Shown: positions 1 to 10,737 of the stretch, in pieces
How the letters are laid out: every line of letters starts with the position of its first letter
Numbering within the stretch: the first letter of the stretch is position 1
NCBI RefSeq assembly: GCF_001457595.1
Contig: NZ_LN831039.1
Location: 5,730,001 to 5,762,000 of the forward strand
DNA from: Mycolicibacterium smegmatis
GTDB lineage: Bacteria; Actinomycetota; Actinomycetes; Mycobacteriales; Mycobacteriaceae
Length of the DNA stretch: 32,000 bases
Direction: 5' to 3'
Program-made: the position numbers and the translations under genes
Notes under the pieces: generated by a model
What the model was told of the DNA's origin: nothing
Databases searched by the model: none
The model's input: the letters and a program-made list of their open reading frames with translations, nothing else

Positions 1-543
1 GTCGACTTCCTGATCAACAACGCCGGTGTCGGCAGCCCCAAACCCCTGCACGAGACCGACGACGAATCCCTCGACTATTTCCTGGGTCTCATGCTGCGCG
101 CGCCGTTCCGCCTGGCGCGCGACGTGATCCCGCACATGGGGCCGGGTTCGGCGATCATCAACGTGACGTCGACGTTCGCGGTGGTCGGCGGTCTGCGCGG
201 CGGCGCTTACTCGGCCGCCAAGGGCGGACTCACCGCGCTCACCACCCACATCGCATGCCAGTACGGTGCACAGGGAATCCGCTGCAACGCCGTCGCACCC
301 GGCGTCACCCTCACCCCGATGGTCGCGACGCGACTGGAAGACGACCGGTTCCGAAAGATCAACACCGAGATGACCCCGCACCAGCGCCTCGGCCGCGTCG
401 AGGACGTCGCGAGCACCGTGGCGTTCCTGTGTTCTGAGGGCGGCAGCTTCATCAACGGGCAGACCATCGTCGTCGACGGCGGGTGGAGTTCGACGAAGTA
501 CCTGTCCGACCACGCACTGAACTCGGATTGGGTTCCGCGGTGA
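1..543 (+). CDS. short-chain dehydrogenase/reductase (SDR), 5' end cut by window edge
   Basis: Frame 1 is open from base 1 ([10 protein letters not shown]...). It has the NNAG motif, the catalytic Y-x3-K (YSAAK) and a C-terminal [10 protein letters not shown] typical of classical SDRs. Stop is TGA 541-543. Confidence 0.85.
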   Translation, partial: VDFLINNAGVGSPKPLHETDDESLDYFLGLMLRAPFRLARDVIPHMGPGSAIINVTSTFAVVGGLRGGAYSAAKGGLTALTTHIACQYGAQGIRCNAVAPGVTLTPMVATRLEDDRFRKINTEMTPHQRLGRVEDVASTVAFLCSEGGSFINGQTIVVDGGWSSTKYLSDHALNSDWVPR

Positions 544-2012
544 ACCTTTTCGGCCTGCTGGATCAGACCGCGGCACGCCACGGTGACCGGGGTGCGGTGT
601 TCTGTGGTGAGCGTGAGCTGTACACGTGGACACAACTGCGTGACCGCGCGGCCCGTCTGGGTTCTACGCTCACCGAACCCGGCACACGCGTCGCGGTGGC
701 GAGTGAGAACCGGCCCGAGATCATCGAGATCATGTTCGGGGTGTGGGCCGCCGAGTGTGTGTACGTGCCCATCAACTACAAGCTGCACCCGCGGGAGATG
801 GCCGACATCCTCGCCGATTCCGGTGCGGCGCTGGTGTTCGCGTCACCGAAGATCGCACCCGGGCTTTTTGAGGTCACCGACGTTCCCGTCGAGGTCGTCG
901 GCACCGACGCCTACACGCAGCGGTTCGAATCCGAGCCGGTGCCGGCGCCGCTGACCGATCCGGCCGAGCTCGCGTGGCTGTTCTACACGAGCGGCACCAC
1001 CGGTAAGTCCAAGGGCGCCATGCTCTCCCACCGCAACCTCATGGCGATGACGGTGGCGCATCTGGCGGATTTCGACGCGCCCGACGAGTTCTGCAGCCTG
1101 GTGCACGGCGCGCCGATGTCCCACGGGTCGGGGCTGTACATCCCGCCGTACGTGCTACGCGGTGCGCGCCAGGTGATCCCGGAATCGGGCGCGTTCGAAC
1201 CCGACGAGTTCCTGGACCTGTGCGATCACCATCCCGGTTGCAGCGCGTTCCTGGCACCGACCATGGTGCAGCGGCTCATCCAGACCGGACGGCCGAGGCC
1301 CGCGAATCTGCGGACCGTGGTCTACGGCGGCGGGCCGATGTACGTCGACAGCCTCAAGAAGGCGCTCGCGGCGTACGGGCAGATCTTCGTGCAGCTCTAC
1401 GGGCAGGGCGAGGCGCCCATGACCATCACGGGCCTGCGCCGCGACGACCACCTCGATGCCGACGACGCGACGCTGGGCTCGGTGGGGTATCCCCGCTCGG
1501 GTGTCCAGGTTGCGGTGCTGCGCGCCGACGGCACGCCCGCCGACATCGGCGAGATCGGCGAGATCGTGTGCCGCGGTGACGTCGTCATGAGCGGTTACTG
1601 GAACAACCCGGAGGCCACCGCAGCCACGCTCAAGGACGGGTGGCTGCACACCGGCGACATGGGCTCGTTCGACGCGCGTGGCCACCTCACACTGCGCGAC
1701 CGGTCCAAGGACGTCGTGATCAGCGGCGGCAGCAACATCTATCCCCGCGAGGTCGAGGAGGTCCTGCTCGAGCACCCCGGCGTGGTCGAGGCCGGCGTCG
1801 TCGGCGCGCCCGATGCCGAGTGGGGCGAGATCGTGGTGGCGTTCGTCGTCACCAACGGGACCCCGGTGGACGCGGCCGCACTCGACGCGCACCTGCTGGA
1901 ACGCATCGCGCGGTTCAAGCGCCCCAAGCGGTACGAGTTCATCGATGCGCTGCCCAAGAACAGTTACGGCAAGGTGCTCAAGCGTGAACTCCGCGAGCGG
2001 GTTACAGGCTGA
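540..2012 (+). CDS. AMP-dependent acyl-CoA synthetase/ligase (FadD-like)
   Basis: Adenylate-forming signatures are present: [33 protein letters not shown] and a terminal [14 protein letters not shown] prefer the GTG at 540, which overlaps the SDR stop as GTGA, over the ATG at 483, which lies inside the SDR gene. Confidence 0.9.
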   Translation: MNLFGLLDQTAARHGDRGAVFCGERELYTWTQLRDRAARLGSTLTEPGTRVAVASENRPEIIEIMFGVWAAECVYVPINYKLHPREMADILADSGAALVFASPKIAPGLFEVTDVPVEVVGTDAYTQRFESEPVPAPLTDPAELAWLFYTSGTTGKSKGAMLSHRNLMAMTVAHLADFDAPDEFCSLVHGAPMSHGSGLYIPPYVLRGARQVIPESGAFEPDEFLDLCDHHPGCSAFLAPTMVQRLIQTGRPRPANLRTVVYGGGPMYVDSLKKALAAYGQIFVQLYGQGEAPMTITGLRRDDHLDADDATLGSVGYPRSGVQVAVLRADGTPADIGEIGEIVCRGDVVMSGYWNNPEATAATLKDGWLHTGDMGSFDARGHLTLRDRSKDVVISGGSNIYPREVEEVLLEHPGVVEAGVVGAPDAEWGEIVVAFVVTNGTPVDAAALDAHLLERIARFKRPKRYEFIDALPKNSYGKVLKRELRERVTG

Positions 2013-2016
2013 TCTC

Positions 2017-2460
2017 TCAGGTCGCGGACGGGGCGTAGAGCTGCTTGAAGCGGTTGAGCGACTCCTGGATGTCGCTCTTGAGCGCCGCGGCCACCACCAT
2101 GCCGATGGGCCCGAACAGGGCCGGGCCGCCGAGGTGCAGGTCGAAGCCCACCGTCGCGCCGTTGTCGGTGGGCTTGATCTTGCCGATCAGCTTGACCTTG
2201 ACCCCACCGCGGCCGTCACCGTTGAGTGTGAGCGCCTGCGGGGGCTTGTAGTGGACCAGCGTCCACCTGACCCGGTTGAGCATGCCCTTGACCTCGACGA
2301 TCGACTCGATCACCGTGCCCTTCTCCAGGGTCTCGGGCAACTTCGAGCGCCAGGCCCGGTGAATGCTGAGCCACTCGTGGTACCGGGACAGATCGGAGGC
2401 ATACTCCCACGCCTGCTCCGGCGGCAAAGGAACTTCGACAGAGACGGAAAGTTTGGCCAT
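2017..2460 (-). CDS. SRPBCC (START/polyketide-cyclase-like) family protein, Rv0910-like
   Basis: 147 aa with an SRPBCC-like sequence (LSVSVEVPLPPEQAWEYASDLSRYHEWL...). It is the last gene after ctpE and the MT0933-type small protein, as in the M. tuberculosis Rv0908-Rv0910 order. Confidence 0.8.
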   Translation of the reverse strand: MAKLSVSVEVPLPPEQAWEYASDLSRYHEWLSIHRAWRSKLPETLEKGTVIESIVEVKGMLNRVRWTLVHYKPPQALTLNGDGRGGVKVKLIGKIKPTDNGATVGFDLHLGGPALFGPIGMVVAAALKSDIQESLNRFKQLYAPSAT

Positions 2461-2469
2461 GTGCGTGTG

Positions 2470-2658
2470 TTACTGCTGTGGTTCTTGAGGGTCGTCTTTG
2501 CGGATGGCGTTCTTCGCGGCGTCCTGCGCCTTGTCGACGTGCTGGGCGTACTTGCCCTGCGTCTTCTCGTCGATCATGTCGCCGGCCTTGTCAATGACGG
2601 TGTCCACCTTGTCGGCGTTCTGCGACAAGAGGTCTTTGGCCTTGTCCAGGAATCCCAT
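2470..2658 (-). CDS. MT0933/Rv0909-like small 'antitoxin' family protein
   Basis: 62 aa, highly charged helical protein (MGFLDKAKDLLSQNADKVDTVIDKAGDMIDEKTQGKY...) characteristic of the MT0933-like family. There is a 9-nt gap to the SRPBCC gene. Confidence 0.75.
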   Translation of the reverse strand: MGFLDKAKDLLSQNADKVDTVIDKAGDMIDEKTQGKYAQHVDKAQDAAKNAIRKDDPQEPQQ

Positions 2659-2683
2659 GGGCTCAGCCTAACGCGTCGACCAG

Positions 2684-5059
2684 CTATCTCCACACGCGCC
2701 GTTCCTCGCCCAGCACGCGCCCCTGCACCCACCACAGCACCTCGATCAGCGCGGCCCCGGCCAGCCCGATACCGAGGGCCACCGATGTGACCTTCATATT
2801 GGTGGGATCCAGCATGAACAGTTCCTGCGCCAGCGGGATCGAGAAGATCAGGACGTACGCCAGCATCGAGCACGCGACCAGCAAAACGCGCCACCACTGA
2901 TACGGCCGGGCCACCACCGCGAGCACCCACAGCGACGACGCCAGCAACGTGATGAGCGCCGCGGTGGACGCCTGCGTCTGCTCGACGGGCGTGGCCTCAC
3001 GGCCCTGGTACGCCACGAGATAGGACACGAACGTCGCGGTGCCGACCACCAGGCCCGACGGCAGCGCCGCCGTCATCACGCGACGCACGAACCCCGTCTT
3101 GGCGCGCTCGTTGTTGGGCGCGAGCGACAGGATGAACGCCGGGATGCCGATGGTGAACCACGCCGCGATGGTGACGTGGATCGGCTGGAACGGGAACAAC
3201 AGCGGATCCGTGCCGAAGATCTCGGCCGACAGGCCGCCGATGCCGACCAGGATCGCCAGAAGCACCGAGTACACGGTCTTGGTGAGGAACAGGTTGGAGA
3301 CCCGCTCGATGTTGCCGATCACGCGCCTGCCCTCGCCCACCACGTACGGCAGCGTCGCGAACTTGTTGTCCAGCAGCACGATCTGCGCGACCGCGCGTGA
3401 CGCGGAACTACCCGAGCCCATCGCGACGCCGATGTCGGCGTCCTTGAGGGCCAGCACGTCGTTGACGCCGTCTCCGGTCATCGCGACCGTGTGCCCGCGC
3501 GACTGCAGGGCATGCACCATGGCACGCTTCTGATCGGGGCGCACCCGCCCGAATGTGGTGCACTCCTCCAGCGTCTCGGCGAGTTCCTCGGGCTGTTCGG
3601 GCAGACGCCTGGCGTCCATGGTCTCGCCGTGCAGGCCGAGTTTGCCGGCCACCGCGCCCACCGACACCGCGTTGTCACCCGAGATGACCTTGACCGAGAC
3701 GTGTTGCGACGCGAAGTAGTCGAGCGTGTCCCCCGCGTCGGGCCGGATCCGCTGCTCGAGCACCACCAGCGCTGCGGGGGTGACCACACCCGGCGCGTCG
3801 GGCGCATCGACACTGCGGTCCGACGATCCCAGCAACAGCACCCGCAGACCCTGTGCGCCGATGCGTTCGGCCTCCTCGGCCACCGGGGACGCGGGGTCGA
3901 GCAGCACGTCGGGCGCACCGATCACCCAGTTGCCGTGCTCGCCGTAGGACGTGCCGCTCCATTTGGTGGCCGACTTGAACGGCGCGGTCGCGGTCGCGGA
4001 CCACCCCGGCGGCGTCTGGTAGGCCTCGGCGATGGCGGCCATGCTCGCGTTGGGCCGTGCGTCGTCGGACGCCAACTGGGCCAGCACATCAGCGACGTGG
4101 CCCTCGGTGAGGGACTTGAGATCGCTGACACGCATGCCGTTCTCGGTGAGCGTGCCGGTCTTGTCCGCGCACACCACGTCGACGCGTGCGAGGCCCTCGA
4201 TCGCGGGCAACTCGTTGACCAGACACTGACGCCGCCCGAGCCGCACCACGCCGACCGCGAACGCGATCGACGTCATGAGCACCAGGCCCTCGGGCACCAT
4301 CGGCACCAGCGCCCCGACCATGCGCAGCACGGCCTCGCGCCATCCGGCGTCGGTGGTGAACAACTGCGTGTAGATGGTCAGCAGGCCCGCGGGCACCAGC
4401 AGGTAGGTGATGAACTGCAGGATCTTGTTGATGCCGTTGCGCAGTTCGGATTTCACCAGCGTGAACTTGGAGGCCTCCTCGGCGAGCTTGGCCGCGTACG
4501 CCTCGCGGCCCACCTTGGTGGCGCGGTACGCACCGCTGCCCGCGACGACGAAGCTGCCGGACATGACGGGATCGCCCGCGTCCTTGGCGATGGGATCGGC
4601 CTCGCCGGTGAGCAGCGACTCGTCGACCTCGAGGTTGGTCTCCTCGACCACCTCGCCGTCCACCACGATCTGATCGCCGGGACCCAACTCGATGATGTCG
4701 TCGAGCACGACCTCGCTGGGCAGCACGGCCCTGGTCCCCGACTGCCTGCGCACCGTGGGCTTGGCCTGCCCCACGATCGCGAGCTTGTCCAGCGTCTGCT
4801 TGGCGCGGATCTCCTGGATGATGCCGATCGCGCTGTTGGCGATGATGAGCAACCCGAACGCGCCGTTGATCACCGAACCGGTCGACAGCACGATGACGAA
4901 CAGCACACCGAGGATCGCGTTGATGCGCGTGAACACGTTGGCACGCACGATCTCGGACACCGTGCGCGCGGCGCGGGTCGGGACGTCGTTTGTCTTGCCC
5001 TCGGCGATCCGCTGTGCGACCTCGGCATCGGTGAGGCCGGCGGCAGCCATCGTCGTCAT
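2684..5059 (-). CDS. ctpE: P-type cation-transporting ATPase, CtpE-type (Ca2+/metal)
   Basis: 791 aa with the P-type motifs LTGEADP (TGE), the DKTGTLT phosphorylation site and [22 protein letters not shown] (hinge). It has multiple TM segments. Its size and synteny (beta-lactamase-like upstream, Rv0909/Rv0910-like downstream) match M. tuberculosis ctpE (Rv0908). Confidence 0.9.
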   Translation of the reverse strand: MTTMAAAGLTDAEVAQRIAEGKTNDVPTRAARTVSEIVRANVFTRINAILGVLFVIVLSTGSVINGAFGLLIIANSAIGIIQEIRAKQTLDKLAIVGQAKPTVRRQSGTRAVLPSEVVLDDIIELGPGDQIVVDGEVVEETNLEVDESLLTGEADPIAKDAGDPVMSGSFVVAGSGAYRATKVGREAYAAKLAEEASKFTLVKSELRNGINKILQFITYLLVPAGLLTIYTQLFTTDAGWREAVLRMVGALVPMVPEGLVLMTSIAFAVGVVRLGRRQCLVNELPAIEGLARVDVVCADKTGTLTENGMRVSDLKSLTEGHVADVLAQLASDDARPNASMAAIAEAYQTPPGWSATATAPFKSATKWSGTSYGEHGNWVIGAPDVLLDPASPVAEEAERIGAQGLRVLLLGSSDRSVDAPDAPGVVTPAALVVLEQRIRPDAGDTLDYFASQHVSVKVISGDNAVSVGAVAGKLGLHGETMDARRLPEQPEELAETLEECTTFGRVRPDQKRAMVHALQSRGHTVAMTGDGVNDVLALKDADIGVAMGSGSSASRAVAQIVLLDNKFATLPYVVGEGRRVIGNIERVSNLFLTKTVYSVLLAILVGIGGLSAEIFGTDPLLFPFQPIHVTIAAWFTIGIPAFILSLAPNNERAKTGFVRRVMTAALPSGLVVGTATFVSYLVAYQGREATPVEQTQASTAALITLLASSLWVLAVVARPYQWWRVLLVACSMLAYVLIFSIPLAQELFMLDPTNMKVTSVALGIGLAGAALIEVLWWVQGRVLGEERRVWR

Positions 5060-5072
5060 TTGGTGAAAACCG

Positions 5073-6680
5073 TCATCTGGTGAACGTCCCCGTCCCGTCC
5101 TCGTCGAAGTACTCCAGTGTCAGCTTGTCACCGGCGAAGGTCGCCTTGGAAATGGTGCCAGGCGGCGCGTTCTCGCTGACGAAACGGAACGTGAACACAT
5201 CGCCGTCCCAGTGCGTGAGCCGAGCCTTGAACTTCGGGCCGAGCGCGAGTTGCAGCGCACCGTCCTGCTCGGTGACCGTCGCCGGGCCCCAGTAGTCGTT
5301 GCGGTACACGCCCACATAGTCCGGAAGCGGTCTGGCCGGGGCCGGCACGGCCGGCGGTTTCTTGCCCACCAGTTCGCCCTCGGGACCGTCCATCGACGCG
5401 AACGCGTCGGCGTAGAGCTTGCGCCAGTCCTGTCTGACCTCGCCGAACTGCACGAGGTCGGCGAACTCCGCGGTGAGGGTCTCCGGGATGCCCGCGGGTG
5501 TCCCGTTGGTGAGCGCGACGATCCCGACGTCGGCCGACGGCAGGATCACGAAGTTGGTGGCCGCGCCGAGTTCGAAGGCGCCCGAGTGGCTCAGCTGCGT
5601 ACGCGCGGCCGACGTGGTGCCGACGTTGAAGCCGTAGCCGTAGAAGCCCGAACGCATCGCCGGCTGTGACGCACGGTCCGACACCACCTGCGGTGTGATC
5701 GCGGGCAACAGCGTGGACTCCTCGACGATGCGCTCGCCCTCGAACACGCCGTCGCCCAACACCATCGCGAGCCAGCGGGTCATGTCGTCGACCGACGCGC
5801 TCACACCCCCGGCGGGTGTCTGCGCGTCGGCGTTGCGCACATACTGCGGTTCGTAACGGCCGTCGACGCGGATGTGTCCCACGGCGCGGTTCTGCGTGGC
5901 CTCGTAGTCGGCGAAACGCGAACTGGTCGAGTTCATTCCGAGCGGGCGGTAGAGCACGTCGCGCGCGAGGTCCTCCCAGCTGCGGCCCGCGGCGGCAGCC
6001 ACGGCCTCGGCAGCCGCGGTGAGCCCGAAGTTGGTGTACGCGTAGGAGATCCGGAACGGATCCAGCGGCAGCGCCCGCAGGTGCTCGAGGATGTAGCGCC
6101 GGTCGTAGCCCAGGTCCTCCAGCTGATCGCCCGCGTGATCGGGCAGACCCGAGCGGTGCGCGAACAGGTCGCCGACCGTGACCATCCTGGTGGTCACCGG
6201 GTCCGAGAGCGCGAACCACGGCAGATGCTCGACCACCGGGGTGTCCCAGCCGATCGCGCCGGTGCCGACCTGATGTGCGACGACGGTGGCCGCGATGGGC
6301 TTGGACAGCGACGCGAGCTGGAACACCGTATCGGGGTCGACGCGGTTGGACTCGACATCGCCGTTGCGCACGTCACGTACACCGAATCCCTTGGCGTACA
6401 CGGTCTTCCCGCCGTGCACCACCGCCACGGCCATGCCGGGGATCCCCGAGCTGCGCATGAGATCCTCGGCGATGCCGTCGAGTTTGGCCACGGCGTTCTC
6501 GACCGCGTTCTCGGGCAGCGCCATCGCCGGGACGAGGGGTGGCGGCTCGTCGGCAAACGTCTGCGACGGTTGCGCGGAGCGCTGCGCGTCGGCGGTGTCG
6601 TCGCCGCCGGCGCAGCCGCTCACTGCGAGACCCACGACCAACGCCGAACCCACGGCTCTGGCGAACACCGACCTGCGCAT
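5073..6680 (-). CDS. serine hydrolase / class C beta-lactamase-family lipoprotein (Rv0907-like)
   Basis: The S-x-x-K motif is present (ASLSKP). I chose the start at the internal ATG (6680) because it gives a signal peptide with a lipobox ([23 protein letters not shown]). The ORF-track start at 6782 adds 34 Arg/Cys-rich residues. Confidence 0.85.
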   Translation of the reverse strand: MRRSVFARAVGSALVVGLAVSGCAGGDDTADAQRSAQPSQTFADEPPPLVPAMALPENAVENAVAKLDGIAEDLMRSSGIPGMAVAVVHGGKTVYAKGFGVRDVRNGDVESNRVDPDTVFQLASLSKPIAATVVAHQVGTGAIGWDTPVVEHLPWFALSDPVTTRMVTVGDLFAHRSGLPDHAGDQLEDLGYDRRYILEHLRALPLDPFRISYAYTNFGLTAAAEAVAAAAGRSWEDLARDVLYRPLGMNSTSSRFADYEATQNRAVGHIRVDGRYEPQYVRNADAQTPAGGVSASVDDMTRWLAMVLGDGVFEGERIVEESTLLPAITPQVVSDRASQPAMRSGFYGYGFNVGTTSAARTQLSHSGAFELGAATNFVILPSADVGIVALTNGTPAGIPETLTAEFADLVQFGEVRQDWRKLYADAFASMDGPEGELVGKKPPAVPAPARPLPDYVGVYRNDYWGPATVTEQDGALQLALGPKFKARLTHWDGDVFTFRFVSENAPPGTISKATFAGDKLTLEYFDEDGTGTFTR

Positions 6681-6735
6681 GCTGTACACAACACGGCAGT
6701 ATGCCTGCAAACAGGCGCAAAGTCGGTGCAATGGG

Positions 6736-7851
6736 TTACAACTGCCACCACGGGTCGAGCACCGGCGAGCCGCCGTCGACACGCTGCCCTGGTTTGGGCA
6801 CCGCGACCTGCACCCCGGCCGGATCGGCCGCGGCGAGCAACCGTCGTACCGGCTCGGCCCACGGGTGCGGCGCCAACCGGAACGTCGCCCAGTGGATGGG
6901 CACCAGCAACCCGGACTCGGTCATGTCCAGGTGCGCCCGCACCGACTCCTCGGGGTTCATGTGGATGTCGGGCCACCCGGGGTTGTAGGCACCGACCGGC
7001 AGCAGCGTCAGGTCGAAAGGCCCGTGCTCGGAACCGATTTCGGAGAAGCTCTTGGTGTAGCCGGTATCGCCGCCGAAGAACGCGCGGTGGCCGGGCCCGA
7101 TCACCACCCACGACGCCCACAGCGTCGTGTTGCGCTGCAGGAACCGCCCGGAGAAGTGCCGCGCGGGTGTGCACACGATGGTCAGATCGCCGATGCGGTG
7201 ACTCTCGTTCCAGTCGAGTTCGACGATGCGGGCCTCCGGGATGCCCCACTTGCGCAGATGCGCACCGATACCCAGCGGCACGAGGAACGGCGCACGCTGC
7301 GTGCGTGCCAGGCCCCGGACGGTGTCGATGTCGAGATGGTCGTAGTGGTCGTGGCTGATCACGACCGCGTCGACCGCGGGCAGCGCCTCCAACGGCACCG
7401 GCGGCGCGTGCAGGCGGCGCGGACCGACCACGCGCGACGGCGAGCAGCGGTCACTCCAGATCGGATCGGTGAGCACGCGGTAGCCGTCGACCTCGATCAG
7501 GGCCGAGGAATGGCCGTACCAGGACACCGCGCACGGCTTGGCCTCGGCGGTCTCTGCCTCGGTGGGTTCGGCGAGCGGGATCTCCCCCGGCGGCCAGCTC
7601 GCGCCCTTCGAGCCGAACATCTCGGCGAACAGCCGGCGCCGCTCTTCGCGGTCCAGGTTGATACCGGGCGACGCGGGCTCGATGTTGACGAAGACCTTGC
7701 CGTCGAACTGCGGCGACCGCGTCGCCACCGGCTTGATGTCGCGGGGCTGGGCGCCCACCGACGCGTACGTACCGCGCAGCGCCCCCAAGAGCCAGCCGCC
7801 GGCCAGCAGGCCGGCCGAACGCGTCGTCAACCGCAGCGCCGCGCGCAACAC
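6736..7851 (-). CDS. MBL-fold metallo-hydrolase (Rv0906-like, NAPE-PLD-like)
   Basis: It carries the metallo-beta-lactamase H-x-H-x-D-H motif (ISHDHYDHLD) and an N-terminal hydrophobic segment. The GTG start at 7851 lies 1 nt after the echA6 stop. Confidence 0.85.
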   Translation of the reverse strand: MLRAALRLTTRSAGLLAGGWLLGALRGTYASVGAQPRDIKPVATRSPQFDGKVFVNIEPASPGINLDREERRRLFAEMFGSKGASWPPGEIPLAEPTEAETAEAKPCAVSWYGHSSALIEVDGYRVLTDPIWSDRCSPSRVVGPRRLHAPPVPLEALPAVDAVVISHDHYDHLDIDTVRGLARTQRAPFLVPLGIGAHLRKWGIPEARIVELDWNESHRIGDLTIVCTPARHFSGRFLQRNTTLWASWVVIGPGHRAFFGGDTGYTKSFSEIGSEHGPFDLTLLPVGAYNPGWPDIHMNPEESVRAHLDMTESGLLVPIHWATFRLAPHPWAEPVRRLLAAADPAGVQVAVPKPGQRVDGGSPVLDPWWQL

Positions 7852-7852
7852 G

Positions 7853-8584
7853 TCAGGCCCCGGTGAACCTGGGCGGACGCTTCTCGATGCGCGCCACCTG
7901 GGCCTCGATCACGTCAGGTGACTTCCAGGCCCGGTCGAACAACTCCTTGTGCGCGGGCCACGGCTCTTCGTAGGCGCCGTCGTCATTGAGGACACGCTTG
8001 GCGTGCTGCAGTGCCAGCGGTGCGAACCCCGCGATCTCGGCCGCCCACTTCTGCGCGTCGGCCAGGGTGCCGATGCGGTTGGCCATGCCCGTCTGCAGCG
8101 CGGTCTCGGCGTCGAGCTTCTCCGCGGCCAACAGCATGCCCCGCGCGCGGCCGTAACCCACCAGCGACGTCAACCGGCGGATGCTCCAGTTGTCCAGCGC
8201 CAGCCCGTATTTCGCGACCGGAAACTGGAAGTACGCCTCCGGCACCACGACCCGCAGATCGCAGATCATCGCGAGGATCACGCCCGCGCCGATCGCGGGC
8301 CCGTTGATCGCGCCGATCACCGGCACCGGGGCCTTGTCGATCGCGAGGTTCAGCGCCGTCGCCTTGTCGGGCAGTTCGGCGGCGAACGCGTCACCGGACA
8401 GGTCGGCGCCCGCGCTGAACACCGACCCCTGGCCGGTGAGCACGATCGCGCGGATGTCCTCGGACGCGGCGTTCTCGACCGCCTCACGCAGGCTGTCGAC
8501 GAGTTCGCAGTTCAGCGCGTTGCGCCGCTCGGGACGTTGGAGCTCCAGGGTCAGGACATTGCCGTCTCGGGTGACACCAATCAT
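7853..8584 (-). CDS. echA6: enoyl-CoA hydratase/isomerase (crotonase) family, EchA6-like
   Basis: 243 aa with crotonase-fold motifs ([29 protein letters not shown]). Its position between accD3 and the MBL hydrolase matches Rv0905. Confidence 0.85.
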   Translation of the reverse strand: MIGVTRDGNVLTLELQRPERRNALNCELVDSLREAVENAASEDIRAIVLTGQGSVFSAGADLSGDAFAAELPDKATALNLAIDKAPVPVIGAINGPAIGAGVILAMICDLRVVVPEAYFQFPVAKYGLALDNWSIRRLTSLVGYGRARGMLLAAEKLDAETALQTGMANRIGTLADAQKWAAEIAGFAPLALQHAKRVLNDDGAYEEPWPAHKELFDRAWKSPDVIEAQVARIEKRPPRFTGA

Positions 8585-8610
8585 GTCGCCAGCCTAACCA
8601 TGGGTGCTGT

Positions 8611-10737
8611 TCAGCTCTCGGCGGTGCTCAGCTGCCAGTCGCCGGGCAGGCCCGTGACCTTTGCCACCGTCCCCTCCGCCTCGACCGCCACCGTGGCCGA
8701 GCCGAGCCGCAGATCGGTCAACGCCACGCGACCCCAGGCGGCGGGCAGGTGCGGGCGCACGGTGAGCTTGCGGTGCGGGACGTCGGGCTCGAGACCGAGG
8801 AAGGCGCGCACCAGCAGCAGCGGCGCCGCGCTGGCCCATGCCTGCGGCGAACACGACGTCGGGTACGGCACCGGCGAGGCGAACTGCGACCGGTGGAACC
8901 CGCAGAACAGCTCGGGCAGCCGGCCGCCGAACGCGTCGGCCGCGTCGAGCAGGCCGAGCGCGAGCCGTTCGGCGAGTTCGACGGCACCCGGCACGTGGCG
9001 GTAGCGCAGCAGCCCCGCGACCGCGATGGCCGTGTCGTGCGGCCACACCGAGCCGTTGTGATAGCTCATCGGGTTGTAGGCGCCCATGTCGGCGGCCAGC
9101 GTGCGCAGCCCGAAGCCCGAGTCCATCTCGGAGGTGCCCAGCTTCTCGACGATCCGCGCGGCGTGTTCGTCGGTCGCGATACCCGCCCACAGGCAGTGCC
9201 CGACATTGCTGGTCAACGAGTCGACCGGGCGCTTGTCGCCGTCCAGGGCGAGCGCGTAGTAGCCGCGGTCGGGCAACCAGAACTTCTCGGCGAAGCGCTT
9301 CTTCAGCGTCGCGGCCCGGTCGCGCATGCGCTTGGCGGTCGCGGGTTCGCCGAACGCGTCGGCCAACTCCGCCCGGGCCCGCAGTGCCGCGTACTGGTAG
9401 GCCTGCACCTCGCACAGCGCGATCGGCGCGTCGGCGCGGTGGCCCGCCGCGTCGGTGATCGCGTCGAAGCTGTCCTTCCAGCCCTGGTTGAGCAGGCCGC
9501 GGTCGGTCGCGCGCTTGTACTCGATGAACCCGTCGTCGTCGCGGTCGCCGTAGCGGGCCGCCCAACTCAACGCGGCGTCGGCCGCGGGCAGCAGTGCCCG
9601 TACCGCGCCCTCGTCGGCGCCCCACCGCCAGCATTCGGCCAGCAGCATCACGAACAATGGCGTCGAATCGGCCGACCCGTAGTAGACCGAGCCGCCCAGC
9701 ACGTCGGTGCTCGCCGGGCCGCGGCGGATCTCGTGCATGATCCGCCCCGGCTGCTCCTCGGTCAGCGGATCCACGCGGCGCCCCTGCGAGTCGGCCAGGC
9801 GCTGCAGCGTGCCCACCGAGAGCCCGACGTCCAGCGGCAGCGACATCCACGCCGTCAACAGACTGTCGCGGCCGAACAGCGTCATGAACCACGGTGCGCC
9901 CGCCGCGACGTACGGACGCTCGTCGGTCTCGTCGCGGATCAGCAGCGCACCCAGATCGCTCTCGCTGCGCTGCAGTGTCGCGGCCAGCGCCCGCAGATCG
10001 GTCTCGACCGTGGTGGTGGTGCCCCGCCAGGCCTCGATCTTGCGGGCCGGTGCGCTGGCCTCCAGTTCCTCACCCGTGCGGAACCGGGTCTTCACGCTCT
10101 GGTTGGCCCATGTCGGCTCCGCGACCACCTCGGCCTGCCACGTGCCGCGCGGCGGCACCACGACGCGCCACCGGAACACCCCCGGCGTGACCACCGGCGA
10201 ACCGGACGCCGTGATCTTCACGCCGCGAACGCGATTCGACCGGTCGTTGAGCACCAGCTCGTTGTCGACGAGCGATATCTCGGCGCCCCCGATGGGCGCG
10301 CGGCCCTCCTTGACGGCGAACAGGTCCGCGAAATCGGCGTCGACGAGCAGCTCTAGAGACACCACGGTGGGCTCGTCGGCCAGGTTGTACAGCGATATGG
10401 TCTCGCGCAACCCGTCGGCGATCAGGCGGTCACGCACCAGCAGCAGTGTGCTGTCGGCAACCCCGGCACGCGGTGTGCGGCGCATGATGAACTGCGCGGC
10501 AAAGGCTTCCGGGGTCTGCACGGTCAGCGACTCGGGTTCACCGCCGTCGACGTGCAACTGCCACCGCGACAGCACGCGCGCATCGCGGAAGAACAGGCCG
10601 TGCGACCGGCCCGCCAGCACGTCGCCGTGGCGGTCGGACAGGCAGAAGGTGGCACCTTCCACGAGTGTCACTGTGCCACCGCCGAATCCGATGCTGGCGG
10701 GCTCGCCACCATTGAGAATGGTCGGCGTCACGGTCAT
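8611..10737 (-). CDS. amylo-alpha-1,6-glucosidase / glycogen-debranching-enzyme-like glycoside hydrolase
   Basis: The N-terminal GDE_N-type region (TLVEGATFCLSDRHGDV...GLFFRDARVLSRW) is followed by an (alpha/alpha)6 GDE_C-like region (PWFMTLFGRDSL, YHNGSVWPHD). The start is taken at ATG 10737, which overlaps the upstream stop as ATGA. The ORF-track extension to 11067 is Arg/Gly-rich and overlaps the GT4 gene. Confidence 0.85.
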   Translation of the reverse strand: MTVTPTILNGGEPASIGFGGGTVTLVEGATFCLSDRHGDVLAGRSHGLFFRDARVLSRWQLHVDGGEPESLTVQTPEAFAAQFIMRRTPRAGVADSTLLLVRDRLIADGLRETISLYNLADEPTVVSLELLVDADFADLFAVKEGRAPIGGAEISLVDNELVLNDRSNRVRGVKITASGSPVVTPGVFRWRVVVPPRGTWQAEVVAEPTWANQSVKTRFRTGEELEASAPARKIEAWRGTTTTVETDLRALAATLQRSESDLGALLIRDETDERPYVAAGAPWFMTLFGRDSLLTAWMSLPLDVGLSVGTLQRLADSQGRRVDPLTEEQPGRIMHEIRRGPASTDVLGGSVYYGSADSTPLFVMLLAECWRWGADEGAVRALLPAADAALSWAARYGDRDDDGFIEYKRATDRGLLNQGWKDSFDAITDAAGHRADAPIALCEVQAYQYAALRARAELADAFGEPATAKRMRDRAATLKKRFAEKFWLPDRGYYALALDGDKRPVDSLTSNVGHCLWAGIATDEHAARIVEKLGTSEMDSGFGLRTLAADMGAYNPMSYHNGSVWPHDTAIAVAGLLRYRHVPGAVELAERLALGLLDAADAFGGRLPELFCGFHRSQFASPVPYPTSCSPQAWASAAPLLLVRAFLGLEPDVPHRKLTVRPHLPAAWGRVALTDLRLGSATVAVEAEGTVAKVTGLPGDWQLSTAES

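Noticed and set aside
483-539. The ATG at 483 as the start of the first acyl-CoA ligase.
   Set aside because: It would place 19 codons inside the SDR gene. The GTG at 540 overlaps the SDR stop (GTGA), and the family's conserved N-terminus begins just after it.
3491-5083. A 530-aa plus-strand ORF, together with similar long ORFs at 5874-7358, 6286-7866, 7949-9004, 8749-10356, 9707-10963, 10863-12017, 19460-20974, 23489-24631 and 28002-29873.
   Set aside because: All are antisense to or out of frame with genes that carry strong conserved motifs. Their products are Arg/Pro/Gly-rich with no domain signatures. I regard them as GC-driven spurious ORFs.
8594-9892. A 432-aa minus-strand ORF in an alternative frame of the GDE-like gene.
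   Set aside because: It is on the same strand but out of frame with the glucosidase. Its composition (about one third Arg/Gly/Ala/Pro) is non-protein-like, and the glucosidase frame has the conserved motifs.
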